NCBI GenBank assembly: GCA_002189035.1
Contig: NEEC01000004.1
Location: 3,534,001 to 3,598,000, forward strand
Length of the DNA stretch: 64,000 bases
Origin: Utricularia gibba
Taxonomy: Eukaryota; Plantae; Magnoliophyta
Direction: 5' to 3'
The position numbers and the translations under genes are program-made. Positions 35,480-49,200 of this stretch are shown here, piece by piece; positions within the stretch are counted from its first letter, which is position 1; each line of letters begins with the position of its first letter. Under the pieces are notes generated by a model. That model ran no database searches. It saw nothing but the letters and a program-made list of their open reading frames with translations, and had not been told where the DNA came from.

Positions 35480-36921
35480 TTACAACAAGCGCGTATGTTG
35501 CAAGAGATCCAGCATGAAACATTCTCCATCGAACCTCAGGCAATAGGAATCAGCCGGCTTCACCACTCCATCCACCATCCCGCAACAGAGGTACAAGAAA
35601 CGCCCCGATGGATCGGCGCAAGCACCATGAAAGGATCTGGAGACAGGTATCTCCCCCTTCAACTCAAGCCTTCTCCACATCCTGCCTATGTCTCCATCCT
35701 GTGCCTGCACCGAGCTAACATCAAGAATCCAAGCATCATCCTTCCGGCGCCTACACGAATCTTCACCCCCATAGATCAACAGCCTACGCCCGATTACCAG
35801 ATTTGCGGAGTGCCCGACTCTGGGAAGGGAGAAGCCGTGGGGAATATCGCCCGTTTCGAATAACAGCTTAGCCCATTTCCAGCTACCCTGTGCTGGATCA
35901 AGCAGCCAGACATCATCTAGGACTTGATACCTCGGGCCTCTCCCACCAAACAGAATACACTGCGCTGCCCCAACGTGCGTCAGCGTGTGCCCTGATCGTG
36001 ACGAGGGGCATGGACGACAAGTCACAAGTTCTGTCCACGTCCCTGAACGGAGATCCTCAGACAGACGCAGAACCCATGTATCATCCAGTCTAAGACCAGA
36101 GTGTCCGATTCCTCCATGAATCAGCATCGTATGGTTGTCAATGGAGCATCCAGCATGCGCCCCCCTTGGCTGTGGTGCAGTGGAACCAACTTCAAGGAGC
36201 CTCCAGGAGAATGTGAAGCCAAGAGATGCTTGATCCAATATCTGTTGCCCAATCCAAGTATCGTTCTGGCGAATCCCATGATCATTGATCCCCCCAAAGA
36301 CCACAACACAACTCCCAGTCACTACACTTGAATGGCCAAATCTCCCACTGGGAATCCCAGAAGCAGCTCTTCGCCATTGCAATGGTATCCTCCTCCTCCA
36401 CTCATCCCCGATGTAGGCGACCCATGTATCATCAAGATGCCTCCCTGATACAGCACAAATCATCATCCACAAGTTGAAATCCAATGATCAATAAGAAGAT
36501 GAAGAAGAAGAAGAAGAAGGGTTAGAGCAAAAAACTGACCTCCCTCGCATCCTCCCCCGAACAAAACCAAACACCCAGAGACCAAATTGAGCGAATGGGA
36601 AGCTCTGGGTTTGGGAATTATTTCTTCCGAAGGGATGAGTCTCCGGCACAAGGCCGAGTCCAAGTACTGCACTTGCTGATACAGCTTCATCCATGGAACA
36701 GTGGAATTACGATGATTAGAGCTTTCAAGGGCATCAACTTGCGATCTACCCCATTCCCTTGTGCAAATCGATTCCCATAGCGAATCGGAATACGCTAAAG
36801 ACTTCAACTTCTTGCAGGTCATGCCCACACAGAGGATGGATTCAATGGGTAAGCGGAGCAGGATGGAGAAGAGATGATCTTGTGGGATGTTGGTAATCGT
36901 TGATTCGGTGGTCACCGCCAT
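35480..36921 (-). CDS. F-box/kelch-repeat protein (At1g51550-like), 2 exons
   Basis: MAVTTESTITNIPQDHLFSILLRLPIESILCVGMTCKKLKSLAYSDSLW (F-box), then kelch repeats (PRASHSL...LFGG, GRFGHS...VFGG, PRGAHAG...IHGG, SRSGHTL...LFGG, PRVGHSA...IYGG). One GT-AG intron; in-frame stop upstream of the ATG at 36921. Confidence 0.95.
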
Positions 36922-38815
36922 GGATGGGCGCCGCGATTTTGCTCCGCTCCCGATTTCAAAGTCCACGTCTGTTACCCTCTCTACCTTCTTGAATCTCTTT
37001 TACCGCTGCGCCGGAGAGCAGCGCTTTTCCCTTGTATTTTTCAAATAAAAAAAACCCAACAAAACGCGATTATCCAAAACGTGGATTTTTTAGATCAGGC
37101 CCGTAGCGCCATTGTCATTACAGCGTCGATGGGATTTCCTTGTCATTCCACATCCAGACAAAGCGATGAACACATCACCTTTTGCCTTGTCAAATGAAAC
37201 TAACATCAAATTTTCCACTTGCCCCAATCCAGCTTCCTCATTTTAATATTATTTTAATAAATATCGGATCTTTTTCTGGGGGGAAGTGCAGCCAAGCATA
37301 TCCTGAGATCGCCAACGTGGACTAGGGGGCGTTGATCAAATCATCATAAATGATGATGAGAGAAGACCAGCAAATGCAACTTTTCCTTTTCCTGAGTGTC
37401 TGTTTTTCCAAAACGGTGGCTTTGGAATGCAGTTCCAGATAATCAGGTGCCGCAATTTGCCTCTCATTTGACAAAAATTTATGATGAGTTTGCTGTCAAG
37501 CGTTTAGTGCATTCCCAGCTGTATTCTAGCGTTGAAACTAAGAACTAGATTCTAGTTATAAGCAACTGTTCAAAAGCTAAAGTCTTTGCGATCATGAATA
37601 CGTTCTTCCAGTGATAAAGATGCACGGCGTCGGGCTGTCGCCATTTTGACTTTGTGGGCTTCTTCTTCACCTCACCATCCATTGAAAAAATAGAATGGAC
37701 CATCCATTCCAACCGCTTTTGTAGTTGTTTCAGGGACGTTTCCCCGGACAGTTTCTTATTGTCTCTAGCTTGTGCATATTGGCTTACATCTATCCTTCTC
37801 CAGCTGCTCCTTATCAGGGTGTTTGGTGTAATTTTAGTAGCTTCTAGAGTGCCTTCTTGGCCTCCTCCAGTGTTTGGACGCTCTGTCTGTATTAAAAGGG
37901 ATTCTCTGACAGAGAAATGGGATTTGTTGTGAACGTATCTATGCGCCTTGGAGACACAAATATAGTGTCGATCGATATTATGCCTCTGACTCCTTGGATA
38001 AAAGGCCGCTTGGAAAGCATCACGTTTACTTCCTGCACCCAGTAAAGTGGATTGGGAATACCAAGGAAATTTAATGCAAGGGGATACACAAACTTATTGA
38101 AGAGGAAGGGAGAATGTTGGTTATTTTCAACAATCTCAACATCGGTCAAATCGGGCTGAAGGGTTTTGTACTCTCTAACATTGACCCAAGCTACACTTCT
38201 AAAGCCTCCAACGAAGTATATGTCGCTGCCATGCATGCAATACAGAAAAAAAAATGTTTAAAATCTCTCCAATCCCCACTCATAGGCAGCTTTTTGGGGT
38301 CACGTGGCATTGTAGTTCCTCTGAATTTAATTTGGAGATTTTTTTTGTCTTCATTTCAAATTTGGTATTAATTTTATCTTTTTTGAGGTAGGGGTATTTT
38401 TATAAATTCATCTATTGACTGCCCATTTGAGAACCCACCTCCAATTGTTTTTCCCACGAAAGTATCAAGAACTGGAATGGACACCATGTAATCTCAATCT
38501 TGAATTCAGTCTCGACAAAAACAAGTAATGGGGTGGAAGACCATCCTTGAGAGGCATGGTGGATATATACCTAATGATAGTCCACTACGTTATCAAGGGA
38601 TTTTGCTTGAGAGATATCGTGATGGGAAGGCGTTTGATTTTACTACGTTAACAAGCAAGATATGGGGTTATATGTCTAGTTTTTGAATCATAATTTATTT
38701 GATGTTTTTTTTCAGAAAAAGAAAGGTAGCGGAATCAAGAGGAAGCACACGAGGGCATGACCTTGACCATGTTTTAGGTGTTGTAGTTTTTATTTTAAAT
38801 AGGTGATGTTGTTTT

Positions 38816-38910
38816 TACTCCTTTTGTACCATGGTGATACAATGCAGTGTTGGTATACTCTTTTTGTACCATGGTGATACAATGCAATGTTGGTATACTC
38901 ATTTTGTAAC
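38816..38910. repeat. 40-bp tandem repeat, ~2.3 copies
   Basis: tactc(c/t)ttttgtaccatggtgatacaatgca(g/a)tgttggta repeated at 38816, 38856 and partially at 38896; lies in degenerate TE-like sequence. Confidence 0.85.
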
Positions 38911-41900
38911 AATCTATTTTGGTATTGTAAACTATGTCATGGTTTTTTGTAAGATTACCTCTCATTACTACTGTAATATTAATGTTTAGCTTTATCACAT
39001 TGTCATTTACATTGCTTTTGAAACACCAAATCTGAATCACTTGAATTGAAAATGGCATTGTCGATTACAGTTACAGTAATAAGGATAATGACAACAACAA
39101 TTGATTGAAATGATAATCAACATGGTCTTTAACAATGCAAACATAACAATACACTTAACTCTAATTCGCAACACAGCAGCATACTTCTTCTTCAATCATC
39201 GACACTCCTACCAAGCTTATCTTCCAAACTAACATGAAATTATAATGCAAAAATGAACACAAAAAAATCTTTAAGTTATACAACAACACATACAAGCATC
39301 TTACAATGAAATCAATACACAAACACATGCTTCGGATATCTTCAATTCAATCTCGCATATCTTGTCAATTAGACTAAGATTCTCTTTCTGCAAAGCCTTT
39401 ATCTATGTGTATAACAATATATAAATCAGAAACCCAATTTATAAGGGCAAATGAGCCAACATGAACCAACCTTAGGTTTAGCTTTTGCAACCGACGGGAT
39501 GCTGATGCTTCGTCTGATCATTTCATGCTTTAGATCTTCCATCACTTAAATCAAACTATCCGGTACATTATCAAGTGTATACTCCTTATTCAAACTCTCA
39601 TCCTGACCCAATTATGATGATTCCTCCACTTCAACAACCAACTCTTCTACCATTGTTGTCTTATGCTTATGCCTAGGTCCATATGGCTGTTGGAATCAGA
39701 ATGTACACCTTCTCCAGTTGTATGATTTCATCATTTTGCACTAAAAGTAGGGTTAGGGTTCTTGTGAATTTGAGGGAAAAGGAATTAGCCGGCGTCAACT
39801 GCCTGAACATGAGATTTTATACTGTTGCATTGGGTCGACCTGGTTTAATCGAGTACTTCCATTTGTTCAATTAGTTTTTGGATGGAAAAGATTAAGGTTT
39901 TTCGAAATTGCTCAATAAAAGATTAAATTGTTACCAAAATGAAAATGTGAACTAAAAAACTACATGTATCAATAAGGGATTAAATAAGAGATTTCTCTGT
40001 TTTTTTTTTTTTTACATACTATTAGAATCTACAATCTTGAATTCCTTGAAAATCCACCTAGATCAATGTTCAAACTCTCAACTATTCTTATTCATAACTA
40101 TTGGCACTACATCTTGAGCAGCATATTCAATCTTTTAAGATTCTAATGATGATGACAACAATTCATTATGATCGTGAAATTAAAACTAGAAAGAGGCCTG
40201 ACCATGGCTACGGTTGGTGTTAGGACATGCAATTTCAGCAATATATAGAGACCAACATGATATAACTTGCTCCTCTACTTAGATTAGGAAAAATAGTATT
40301 TTATAAGGCAGTAGAAGTTCCCTCACTATTGGGAGGAGGTGTTGTCATGGTGTTTTGATGTATATTGATGATGAGCTCATTCCTAGAATTGAAAATTGCA
40401 AGTTAAATGATAGTTTTGTTATATGGCATACAAGATGAACATGGAAAGTACAGATAAAAATGATCATACTACATTAGTGTCTAGACCAAATGTTGCAAAG
40501 AAGTCTCTACCGAAAACTCTTGCTTCTAAGAGACCAACAAAAGAACACATGCTGATTCTAAGACTACACAATTGGAGTTCATTGTCCTTTTGCAGGGTAC
40601 AAGGTGTTGGATGATAATGCTGAAATCAAGACGAATCAAAAATTACAGAAGTTTGAGATAGAACAACATGAGTCAAGGGAAGAAGACGTGAGGGAGGAAG
40701 ACATGTACGAAAAACCCTCTATAGGGAATGTGGAAAAATACATATGTTAGGCTCATCATTATAGGCCCAATCAATAATATACTACATTATTTAGATAAGC
40801 AAAAATATATTGGATCTAGTGAAGACCCAAGTACAATTCAATAGAAGTTACTTTTACAAAAAGAGCTGATTATTGAACTTGCAAAAGAAGAACCAACTTG
40901 AAATCTGTAATCAAAAGACAAAACATCTCAAGATATTCAATCTTTATTTGTACTCTTATAAATACCATTTCAATATAGAAGAACAACAAGCTGTAGTTTT
41001 GCGATTCTCAATACAATACCCAAGTTCTCCAATATTAACATCTTGTTAACAATAACATCCTTCTATCAACAACAACTACAATGTTTTTTCTCAATATATA
41101 TTACCATGTTCAAAGTTATTCATTCAGTTATTCACCTTGTTCAAACTTCTAACACAGGGGATCCTAAATATAAATAAAAGGTAATTATATCCTTGTTCCT
41201 CTTGGTTTAGTTGGACGCAGATTCCATGCAGAATACCCTTGACAATATCATGTTTTCATCCTCAACTCTCAAACACTTCAGGTAAAAAAATGTAATCTTA
41301 GAGCTAAATAAAATTTTTTTGGATGATGGCCTTCTACCATCTACATCAATCCTCACAAAGGGAGAACATTCTATGCTACTATGACTTTTGAAATCATGCG
41401 GGATACGTCGTTAACATTCTCTCTTTGAGAAGCAGTGTTTTTGTCCCTTGAGTGCATAAAACTTCAGATAGTTTTAATGATCAGAGACAAAAATGCAACT
41501 TTTATAAATACTTGCTCAAACTCTAGATATGAGGAGAACGAGCACTAAAATACTACAGGCAAGTTTAAAATGCTTTTTCTTCTTCCCATTTTTGTAGTAA
41601 ATAAGTGATATTCAATGCATTTATACTGGGACATGTAGGAGATGTGAAAATTTGTAGCATACTAATTGAGAGACTAAGTACTTCAAGAGCTTTTGAATCT
41701 ATATAAAGTGTTTTTTCACTTGTATTCATGATTTTTCATTTACATGTCTTTCTTCTATTTATAGACAAATGTTTCATGACTGTTGGTTGTAGATACAGAG
41801 ATTCATTAGTGTAACATTACGCTAATGGCTTGCTCCATGGACAGTGATAGAAGTAAGAAGTTTCTTGGATTAGCGGTATACTACAGGAAGTTTGTGGAGG

Positions 41901-42169
41901 GATTCTCCAATTTGGCCAAGCCCCTTACACTAATCACCAGAAAAGAAACTACATTTATATGGAGCCAGGAATGCGAGGAAAGTTTTCAAAAGCTCAAGGA
42001 GAAGCTTACTTCTTCTCTGATACTTGTGCTTCCAAAATCAAACAAAAATTTTTCAATATACACAGACACGTCCAAGGAGGGTTTGGGGTGTGTTCTTATG
42101 CAAGAGGGGAGAGTCATAGCCTACACATCTAGGCAGCTCCGAAAACATGAGATGAACTACCCAACTCAC

Positions 42170-42623
42170 TGTGGAATAAAACGCACTAACACTTTTATTC
42201 TCAGGCTAGAAGTGTGGAGAGTGGTGTCTTCCATGTTGTGCAAGTGGAGCAGTTATGCTATGTGGGTGCTGGAGGAAGTGGGAGGCGCATGCACTAGTTT
42301 TTTGGCTGTCATAACTCTGTCTGTTTTGGTGTGATGCGGTGTGAGTTTCAGGGGTTGGAGGATTGGGTTCCAACTGATGTGATGTGTCTGCGTGTGTTGT
42401 AAAGCTGCTGTCTTTTGTAAGATGTAATCAAAGCATAGTGAATTGATCTCACCATGAGGTGTCCCACATTGGGTTTTACCTGGTTAATTCTGGTGTTTTG
42501 TGTTTGTTTTACTTTGTTTTGAAACCAGCGCTCAAGTTAAGCTAATCATAATCAACACTGACTCATCAAGCCTCAGAGTCTCACGAAGACAGCAGACTGG
42601 GCATCAACCTATTAGAGCCAACA
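42170..42623 (-). mobile_element. 454-bp solo LTR inserted in the RNase H domain of the chromovirus
   Basis: TG...CA termini (TGTGG...CAACA), perfect TSD CTCAC (42165-42169 / 42624-42628). Removing it rejoins the NYPTH|DMELAVVV motif. Strand is inferred. Confidence 0.9.
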
Positions 42624-44737
42624 CTCACGACATGGAACTGGCTGTAGTGGTCAGAAACTTCTTATAAGGACGGTGTTACGACCTTTTCACCGATCATCGG
42701 AGTCTAAGGTACCTGTTCACTCAAAAAGAGCTGAATCTAAGACAACGCAGGTGGATGGAGTTGCTTAAAGATTATGACGTAGAGATTAAATATCAACCGG
42801 GACACGCAAATGTGGTAGCTGATGCGCTCAGTAGAAGGAGGCACGAGTAGATGCATCATCACTGAGAAGAGGAGCTAGAAAGATCTGAACACAAACCATC
42901 GGCAAGAAAGGAAAGATTAAACTATTTGCGACTCGAACCGGATCTGATGGGAGCCATAAAAGAGCTCCAAAGCTACCCAGATGCCGTAAGGTGGAGGACA
43001 TTAGCAAGGGATGAAAGATTGACCTTCAAGGTGGATGAGGAAGGTGTTGTTAGGTTGAATGGTTAGATTTGTGTGCCACGAGACTACACCTTTCGACAGA
43101 AGCTATTAACAGAAGCCCACTGTTCCAGGCTCACCATTCACCCTGGGGAGAACAAAATGTACCGAGATTTGAAGGCCTCATTCTGGTGGCCAAAGATGAA
43201 CAAGGAGATCGCAGCGATGACAGCCAAGTGCCTAACCTACCCTACCAGAAGGTCAAAACCGAATATCAAAGGCCTGGGGGATTATTACAACACATGGAGA
43301 TCTCTACTTGGAAGTGGGAACACATCACCATGGATTTTGTGATTGGGTTCCCTTTGACACCATGGAGACATGACGGAGCATGGGTGGTAGTGGACCGACT
43401 CATGAAAAGTGCGCACTTCCTTCTGATTCACACGAATTGGGGGATGGAGAAGCTCGCCCAGATGTACATCAATGGGATTATCCGACTCCATGGAGTACCG
43501 AATAACATAGTATTAGACACGGATGGGAAGTTTCAGTCTCAATTCTGGCAGACGCTGCAACGAGTGCTGGGAACTAAGTTGAACATGAGCACCACTCACC
43601 ACCCCAAACCAACGGCCAGTTAGAGATAACAATACAAATACTGGAAGACATGTTGAGAGCATGCCTGTTGGATTTTCTGGCCGATTGGGAGAGGTATCTG
43701 TCCTTGGCAGAATTTGCCTACAATAATAGCTACCACTCTAGCATTGGAATGACCCCGTATGAAGCTCTCAATGGTAGGAGATGCATGACCCCCTTCTACT
43801 GGAACGATGTGGGTGAACGGAAGTTGGTTGGATCAGAGCTGGTAAATGATGCCGAGGCTAAGGTAAAGATCATAAGGCAGCAATTGAAGGAGGTTTAGGA
43901 CCGGTACAAGAGCTGGGCAGACAAGAGAAGGAGACCCTTAGAATTTGAAATTGGCGGAGACCCTTAGAATTCAAAATCATCGACAAGGTGTTCCTCAAAA
44001 TATCCCCAACGAAGGGGTGGTGAGAGTCCCGAGGAGTAAGAAATTGGGACCAATGTTCGTGGGACCGTATGAGATTCTCATTAAGTATGGAAGGACAGCA
44101 TACAAACTTCAACTACCACCTCAGCTGAGCCCTCTCCATGATGTATTCCACGTGTTGCACCTCAGAAAATACATTTCGTACCCGTCCCACATCCTACACC
44201 CGGAGCCACTGGAGATCGCTAAGAATTTGACGCTGCCGGAGGAACCACAACGGGTAATATACAGCAAAATCATTAAGCGTAAGCTTTGAGAGGTGCCCAT
44301 GGTGAAAGTACAGTGGACACGGCAAACTGAAGGAGAGTCAACGTGGGAAAATGCCAGGGAACTTAAAATATGAGGGGTAGAGTGTAACATTACAGGCTCC
44401 TTCGGGCCTTGGAAAGATGTGAGGAGGCGAATTAGGAAAAGATTTGGGTGATACTATTAAGAGGAAGTAGTTAGTGACATAAAGGAAATTGCGAATCTGT
44501 AGGATTCGAGGGGATTTTGGCGGTGGGAGACCCCATATGCTATAAAAGGAGAGGCGGTGAAGGGAGTAATGGGGATCCGATAGTGGAAGAGGAGCAGGAT
44601 CGAGGAGCTGTGACGGTAAGGTCGAAATGTGATAAGAGCTTTAGGAGTTTTATTGATGGTGGAATTCTGTGTAGGGAGATCAAGTTTATACGTGAAGGGT
44701 AAGGAAGTTCAGCATAAACCCACTTGCTCCACTGCAC

Positions 44738-46185
44738 TAGAGGTGGGTTCGGTTCAGAACCATATGGTTTCGGTTTGGAACCAAACGGTTCCAACGAAAC
44801 GTTGGTTCAAAAACCGCGGTTTGCTGTGGGCAACAGTTCCGGTTTCGGTTCGGAACCGTATCCCGAAACCTTGAACTGAACTAAAACTGGAACTGTACGG
44901 ACGGTTTCGGTTCAAAACCGGAACCGAAATTTGCGAACCGAACCATAACTGAAACTGATCAATTACTATTTATAAGTGTTTTCTAGGCACCCATATGAAT
45001 CATTGTGGGTGTTTGGTAGTGAAGTTTTAAATATTTATTAATTTTTTATGTTTTGATACTATCAAACAATATATTTGATAATATTAATTTTGTATTTAAC
45101 TAGATATATTATGTAATATACTATGTTAATTTATAAAAGATCTTAATTTAAATTACTTGATAAAATATCTAATAAAATATAATTTAAATTAATATAATTT
45201 GTGATTTAAATAAATTAAATAAATGACTAAATTATTAATATTTGAATGTACATTTGATAAAATTAAATTTTTTGAAATAAATACAACAAGATTACAAATT
45301 ATATAAAACGAATAGAATTATTATTTATATATTATTTCTTGAAAGTATTGTGTATTTTTCAAATTAAAATCAAAATATAATCTATTTCATGAATTTTTTT
45401 CAAACTTCATATATTTTGAAAACAAAAAAAAAAACAAATTAAATTTACAAAATTAACATAACATATTTCATGTTTGTTGTGCGGAATAGGTTCCAGACAC
45501 CCTAAATATCTAGAGAAGATCCCAAGCACCCTCATTAATGGATCAGAGTGCCTGGACCACCTATAACCACAACCCTAACCACAAACTTAAAGCACACGCT
45601 GTCTACGCACACTTAACATTTTTGGAAATAAATACAAAAATATTACAAATCATATAAAACCAATAAAGTTATTTTTTTATATTTTAATAGCAAGCTTTTA
45701 TATAATCTTTTGTAAATATTATGTATTTTTCAAATTAAAATCAAAATATTATTTATTTTCATAAATAGCGGGAACATTTTTCTAGACACCCACAAGCCAC
45801 GGAAGAACATTTGAGACCATTCCCCGACCACCCACATATGCTCATGTAAGTGTGTCGTGAGAGCGTCTGAGACCATTTTCCAAGCACCCACATCCCTCGT
45901 GAGTGTGTGTCTGGGAAGGGGTGTTTGAAAAGATTTTTCAAGTACTCACTTTCGTCATATGGGTGTCTAAAACAAGTATATGAAATCATATATATTTATT
46001 TAATTTTTTTTAATTTTTTAATCTAAACTGTACAGTTCACGAGTCGAAACCATTGGTTCCACGGTTCCAATTATATCGAATTGAACCGAAACCGTACGGA
46101 CGTCGATCTACTGGAATCAAACCGGAACTAGAACCGACAGTTTCGGTTCGAATCGCGGTTCTGGTTCGAACCGAACCCACCTCTA
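44738..46185. mobile_element. Non-autonomous hAT-family DNA transposon inserted in the chromovirus 3' LTR
   Basis: Perfect 18-bp TIR TAGAGGTGGGTTCGGTTC; 8-bp TSD CACTGCAC/CACTGCAT; dense subterminal AAACCG/GAACCG motifs at both ends; AT-rich noncoding interior. Confidence 0.9.
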
Positions 46186-46263
46186 CACTGCATTCACAAT
46201 CATGGTCAGGTTTTATTCTCAGAATTGAGACCAAGGACTGCCTTTGGTTCGGGTCTAGGCTTC

Positions 46264-49200
46264 TGTTGGATGAAGTTGATGATCAAATTGAAGGCACTTT
46301 GACAATTTCTATCACTTCTGTACCTGAAAATAAGGATTCGGTCGAAGAGAGTCTCAACGAGAAGAAGATGAAAATCTACTCTCTTCGGAAGCTGGGTCTG
46401 ATTGTATTGGGTTGCAGCCAAATGAAGTGTAAGTCAACTAATGGATCTGATGTTGAGCCTAGTCCTCCAAGCCCATTGACCCAATGAAGACTGAAACATG
46501 GACTACTCTTGCTGAAGCCTATGGAAAAAATCAACAAACCTTAGTTCTGGAGAAGGCAATGAAATAGCAGCTATTTGAGAATATAAAAATGCTTCCTGTT
46601 CAAAGCATAGCAACCTTCTCGGACTCCTTGAATAAAGTGGTACATAATATGAAGCAACTCGGCGAAGTAGTGGATGACAACCGGATTCGCATAAAGATTA
46701 TAAGCATTGTTCCTCCTCAATATGCCTCTACCATAAATGCCTCTATCTTTGATGGCAACATTCATACCATGACACCTAAACAAGTGGTGAAAGGTCTCAA
46801 AGGAGTAGAAATGCGCCGGCAAAACTACGAGCAACAGCACTCTCATGAAGCAACATTCAAAGCTCAAGTCACACCTACCTCCCCTGCAGTGCAAAAAAAA
46901 CGACTCACCACAAGCTAGGCTTGCACCTGTCAGCACAGAGAGTTTCAATCCTTAGATTCAATGCCCGTTCTGTAAACAGAGAAATCATCTACCCTCTACA
47001 TGCTGGTGGCACCCTGAAGCAGTGTGCGCTTGCTGTAAGCTGCCGGGTCACATGGAGAAAGTATGCCCCCTAAAGAAGTATCACCTGCTAGGTGGGAAAT
47101 CTAAAAGCATAGAAAAAATCACAGGGAAATTATCAGATGTAACCCTTTCAGAAGCTTCTAATAAAAGTGCTGTGGAACTGGAACTTTACTCTATGTGTCG
47201 AAGCACTCTACTCACATCCTTTACAGATCTAGGAAAACAAGGAGCCTGGCTGGTTGATAGTGGGTGCAGCCACCATCTCACTAATGATCTCTCTCTGTTC
47301 AACACCTTCTCATTCTCATAAGGTAAATACGTTCAAGTTGCTGATGGAAAGAGTATACCAGTCAAGGGACAATGAATCGTGTGCATCGAGACACCACAGA
47401 AACTTCTAAAACTCAACGATGTCTACTATGTGCCGGATGCTTCACACAATCTATTGAGCTCCGGACAACTAGTAGAGAAACAATTCAAAGTGCATCTACA
47501 AGACAATCAGTACATAATAAGAGATATCGACAACAACATTGTACTCACCTCACCTATGGTAGAACACATCTTTCCTCTCCTCAGCTCAAACAAAGTCGAA
47601 AACCTTCAATCTCAAGTTTGTTACTCAGCAGCTAAAGACTCAGCACTATGGCACAGTAGGCTAGGCCACCATTATTATGGCTCTATAACCACACTTTGGA
47701 GCAAGGGTCTAGCCACAGGTATTCCTCACCTTATACACCAAGAGAAAACCTGCAGTGTTTGCCTTCAATGCAAACAAAGTCGAAAACCTTTTCCCAAAAC
47801 TGGTACAACAGCATCTCATAAGCTTGATATTGTCCTTTCAGATGTCTGTGGACTGATGAGAATGGTCTCCAATGGTGGAAACAGATATTACGTTTTTTTC
47901 ATAGATGCCTACACTAAGTATACTTGGCTCTACCTTCTCAAGAAAAAATCAAAGGTGCTGCAACATTTTTTGGTCTTCAAAGCTATGGCAGAAGCACAAA
48001 GCAGAAGAAAGATTCTTACCTTAAGATCTAACAATGGAGGCGAATACGTCTCAAATGAGTTGAAAAATATCTGTGAAGTAAATGGAATTGTACATCAGTT
48101 TGCCGCTCCTTACACCCCACAGCAAAATGGGATATGCGAGAGAAAGAACCGTACTATTATGAATATGGCCAGATGTCTCCTACACGAAAAGAAGTTACCT
48201 CTACAATTCTGGGGAGAGGCTGTTAACACAACTTTCTACATCCTCAACCGTCTTCCCACCAAAGGAACGCAAGGGAATAAATCACCATATGAACTTTGGT
48301 TCAATAGAAGACCAGATTTAGAGCACCAGCGAATTTTCGGATCAGTATGCTACATCCTTAAGCCAAAAGAACTGAGAGCCAAGCTAGATACAAAATCTGA
48401 TATGAGTATATTTATAGGCTATTCAAACACAAGTGAGGCGTAGCGGGTGTTAAATCTCACCTCCCACAAGGTTGAAATTAGTTGAGATGTTCAAGTATAT
48501 GAGTTTAAAATTTTTGATTGGAAGAAACTATCAGCCATCTTCAAAACAGACACTTCTACATCTCATGTGCTCAATCTATTTCCTGAAAATGAAGACAGGA
48601 ACTATATTACCTCAGAAATTCCGGGGAGCTTCAACCTCTCTAGTTTCTCTACAGCGACGCGGGTAGATACTGATGTATCCAACACCAACTCTCTCCTGAC
48701 TGTTAATGATGATTCTATACAATCCAGTGCTAGTCGGGAGGACCCTACTGTTTTTCTTTATGAATAGAATCAATGCAGTGCAGAACTCAATACTTCTGAC
48801 AACATTGAAGCTCCTGTTCCCCCAGATGACAACATAGAAATACCCAATCACTCTAAACAATATTTGCCTGAAACGTATGGCACTGCTTCCGATATCCCTG
48901 GAACACACCTCCTGCTGAATGAAGAACTCGACAGAGTATCTCCTCATCTCCAGACTGTACCTGAAAATATTACTGAATTAGCAGAGGATTCTGATGCAGG
49001 AGGAAACGAAACTAGTGATGCAAATACACCACAAGGAATCATTCCCAGAAAACTAATTGAAGTGACAAATGAATATTTGGAGAATATAGTTCACGATTAT
49101 GAATCTGATGACAACTTAACTCATCACTTCCAAAGCTGCAACTCAAGTGACAATGAAGACTATCTAAGCGACTCGGATAAGCCTCTAGTCCGAAAATACA

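Larger units (their letters stand above)
41810..46263 (+). mobile_element. Deleted Ty3/gypsy chromovirus (Tekay/Del-like): RT end, RNase H, integrase, chromodomain, PPT, truncated 3' LTR from 44383
   Basis: [46 protein letters not shown], integrase 'WKWEHITMDFVIGFP...WVVVDRLMKSAHF', 'LGPMFVGPYEIL...LHDVFHV', chromodomain 'VKVQWTRQ...STWE'. PPT gaggggtagag then TGTAACATTAC at 44383; the same 11-mer opens the element at 41810. Confidence 0.9.

Noticed and set aside
15747-36811. Inverted duplication as the footprint of a staggered-break inversion
   Set aside because: The parent F-box gene keeps both native flanks and the PPR 3' end is not found at the other end; this fits copy-insertion, not inversion.
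40745-41154. Possible copia solo LTR (TGTTAG...CTAACA with TATA-like tataaata)
   Set aside because: There is no matching TSD (acata vs caggg) and no partner LTR in the window; support is insufficient.
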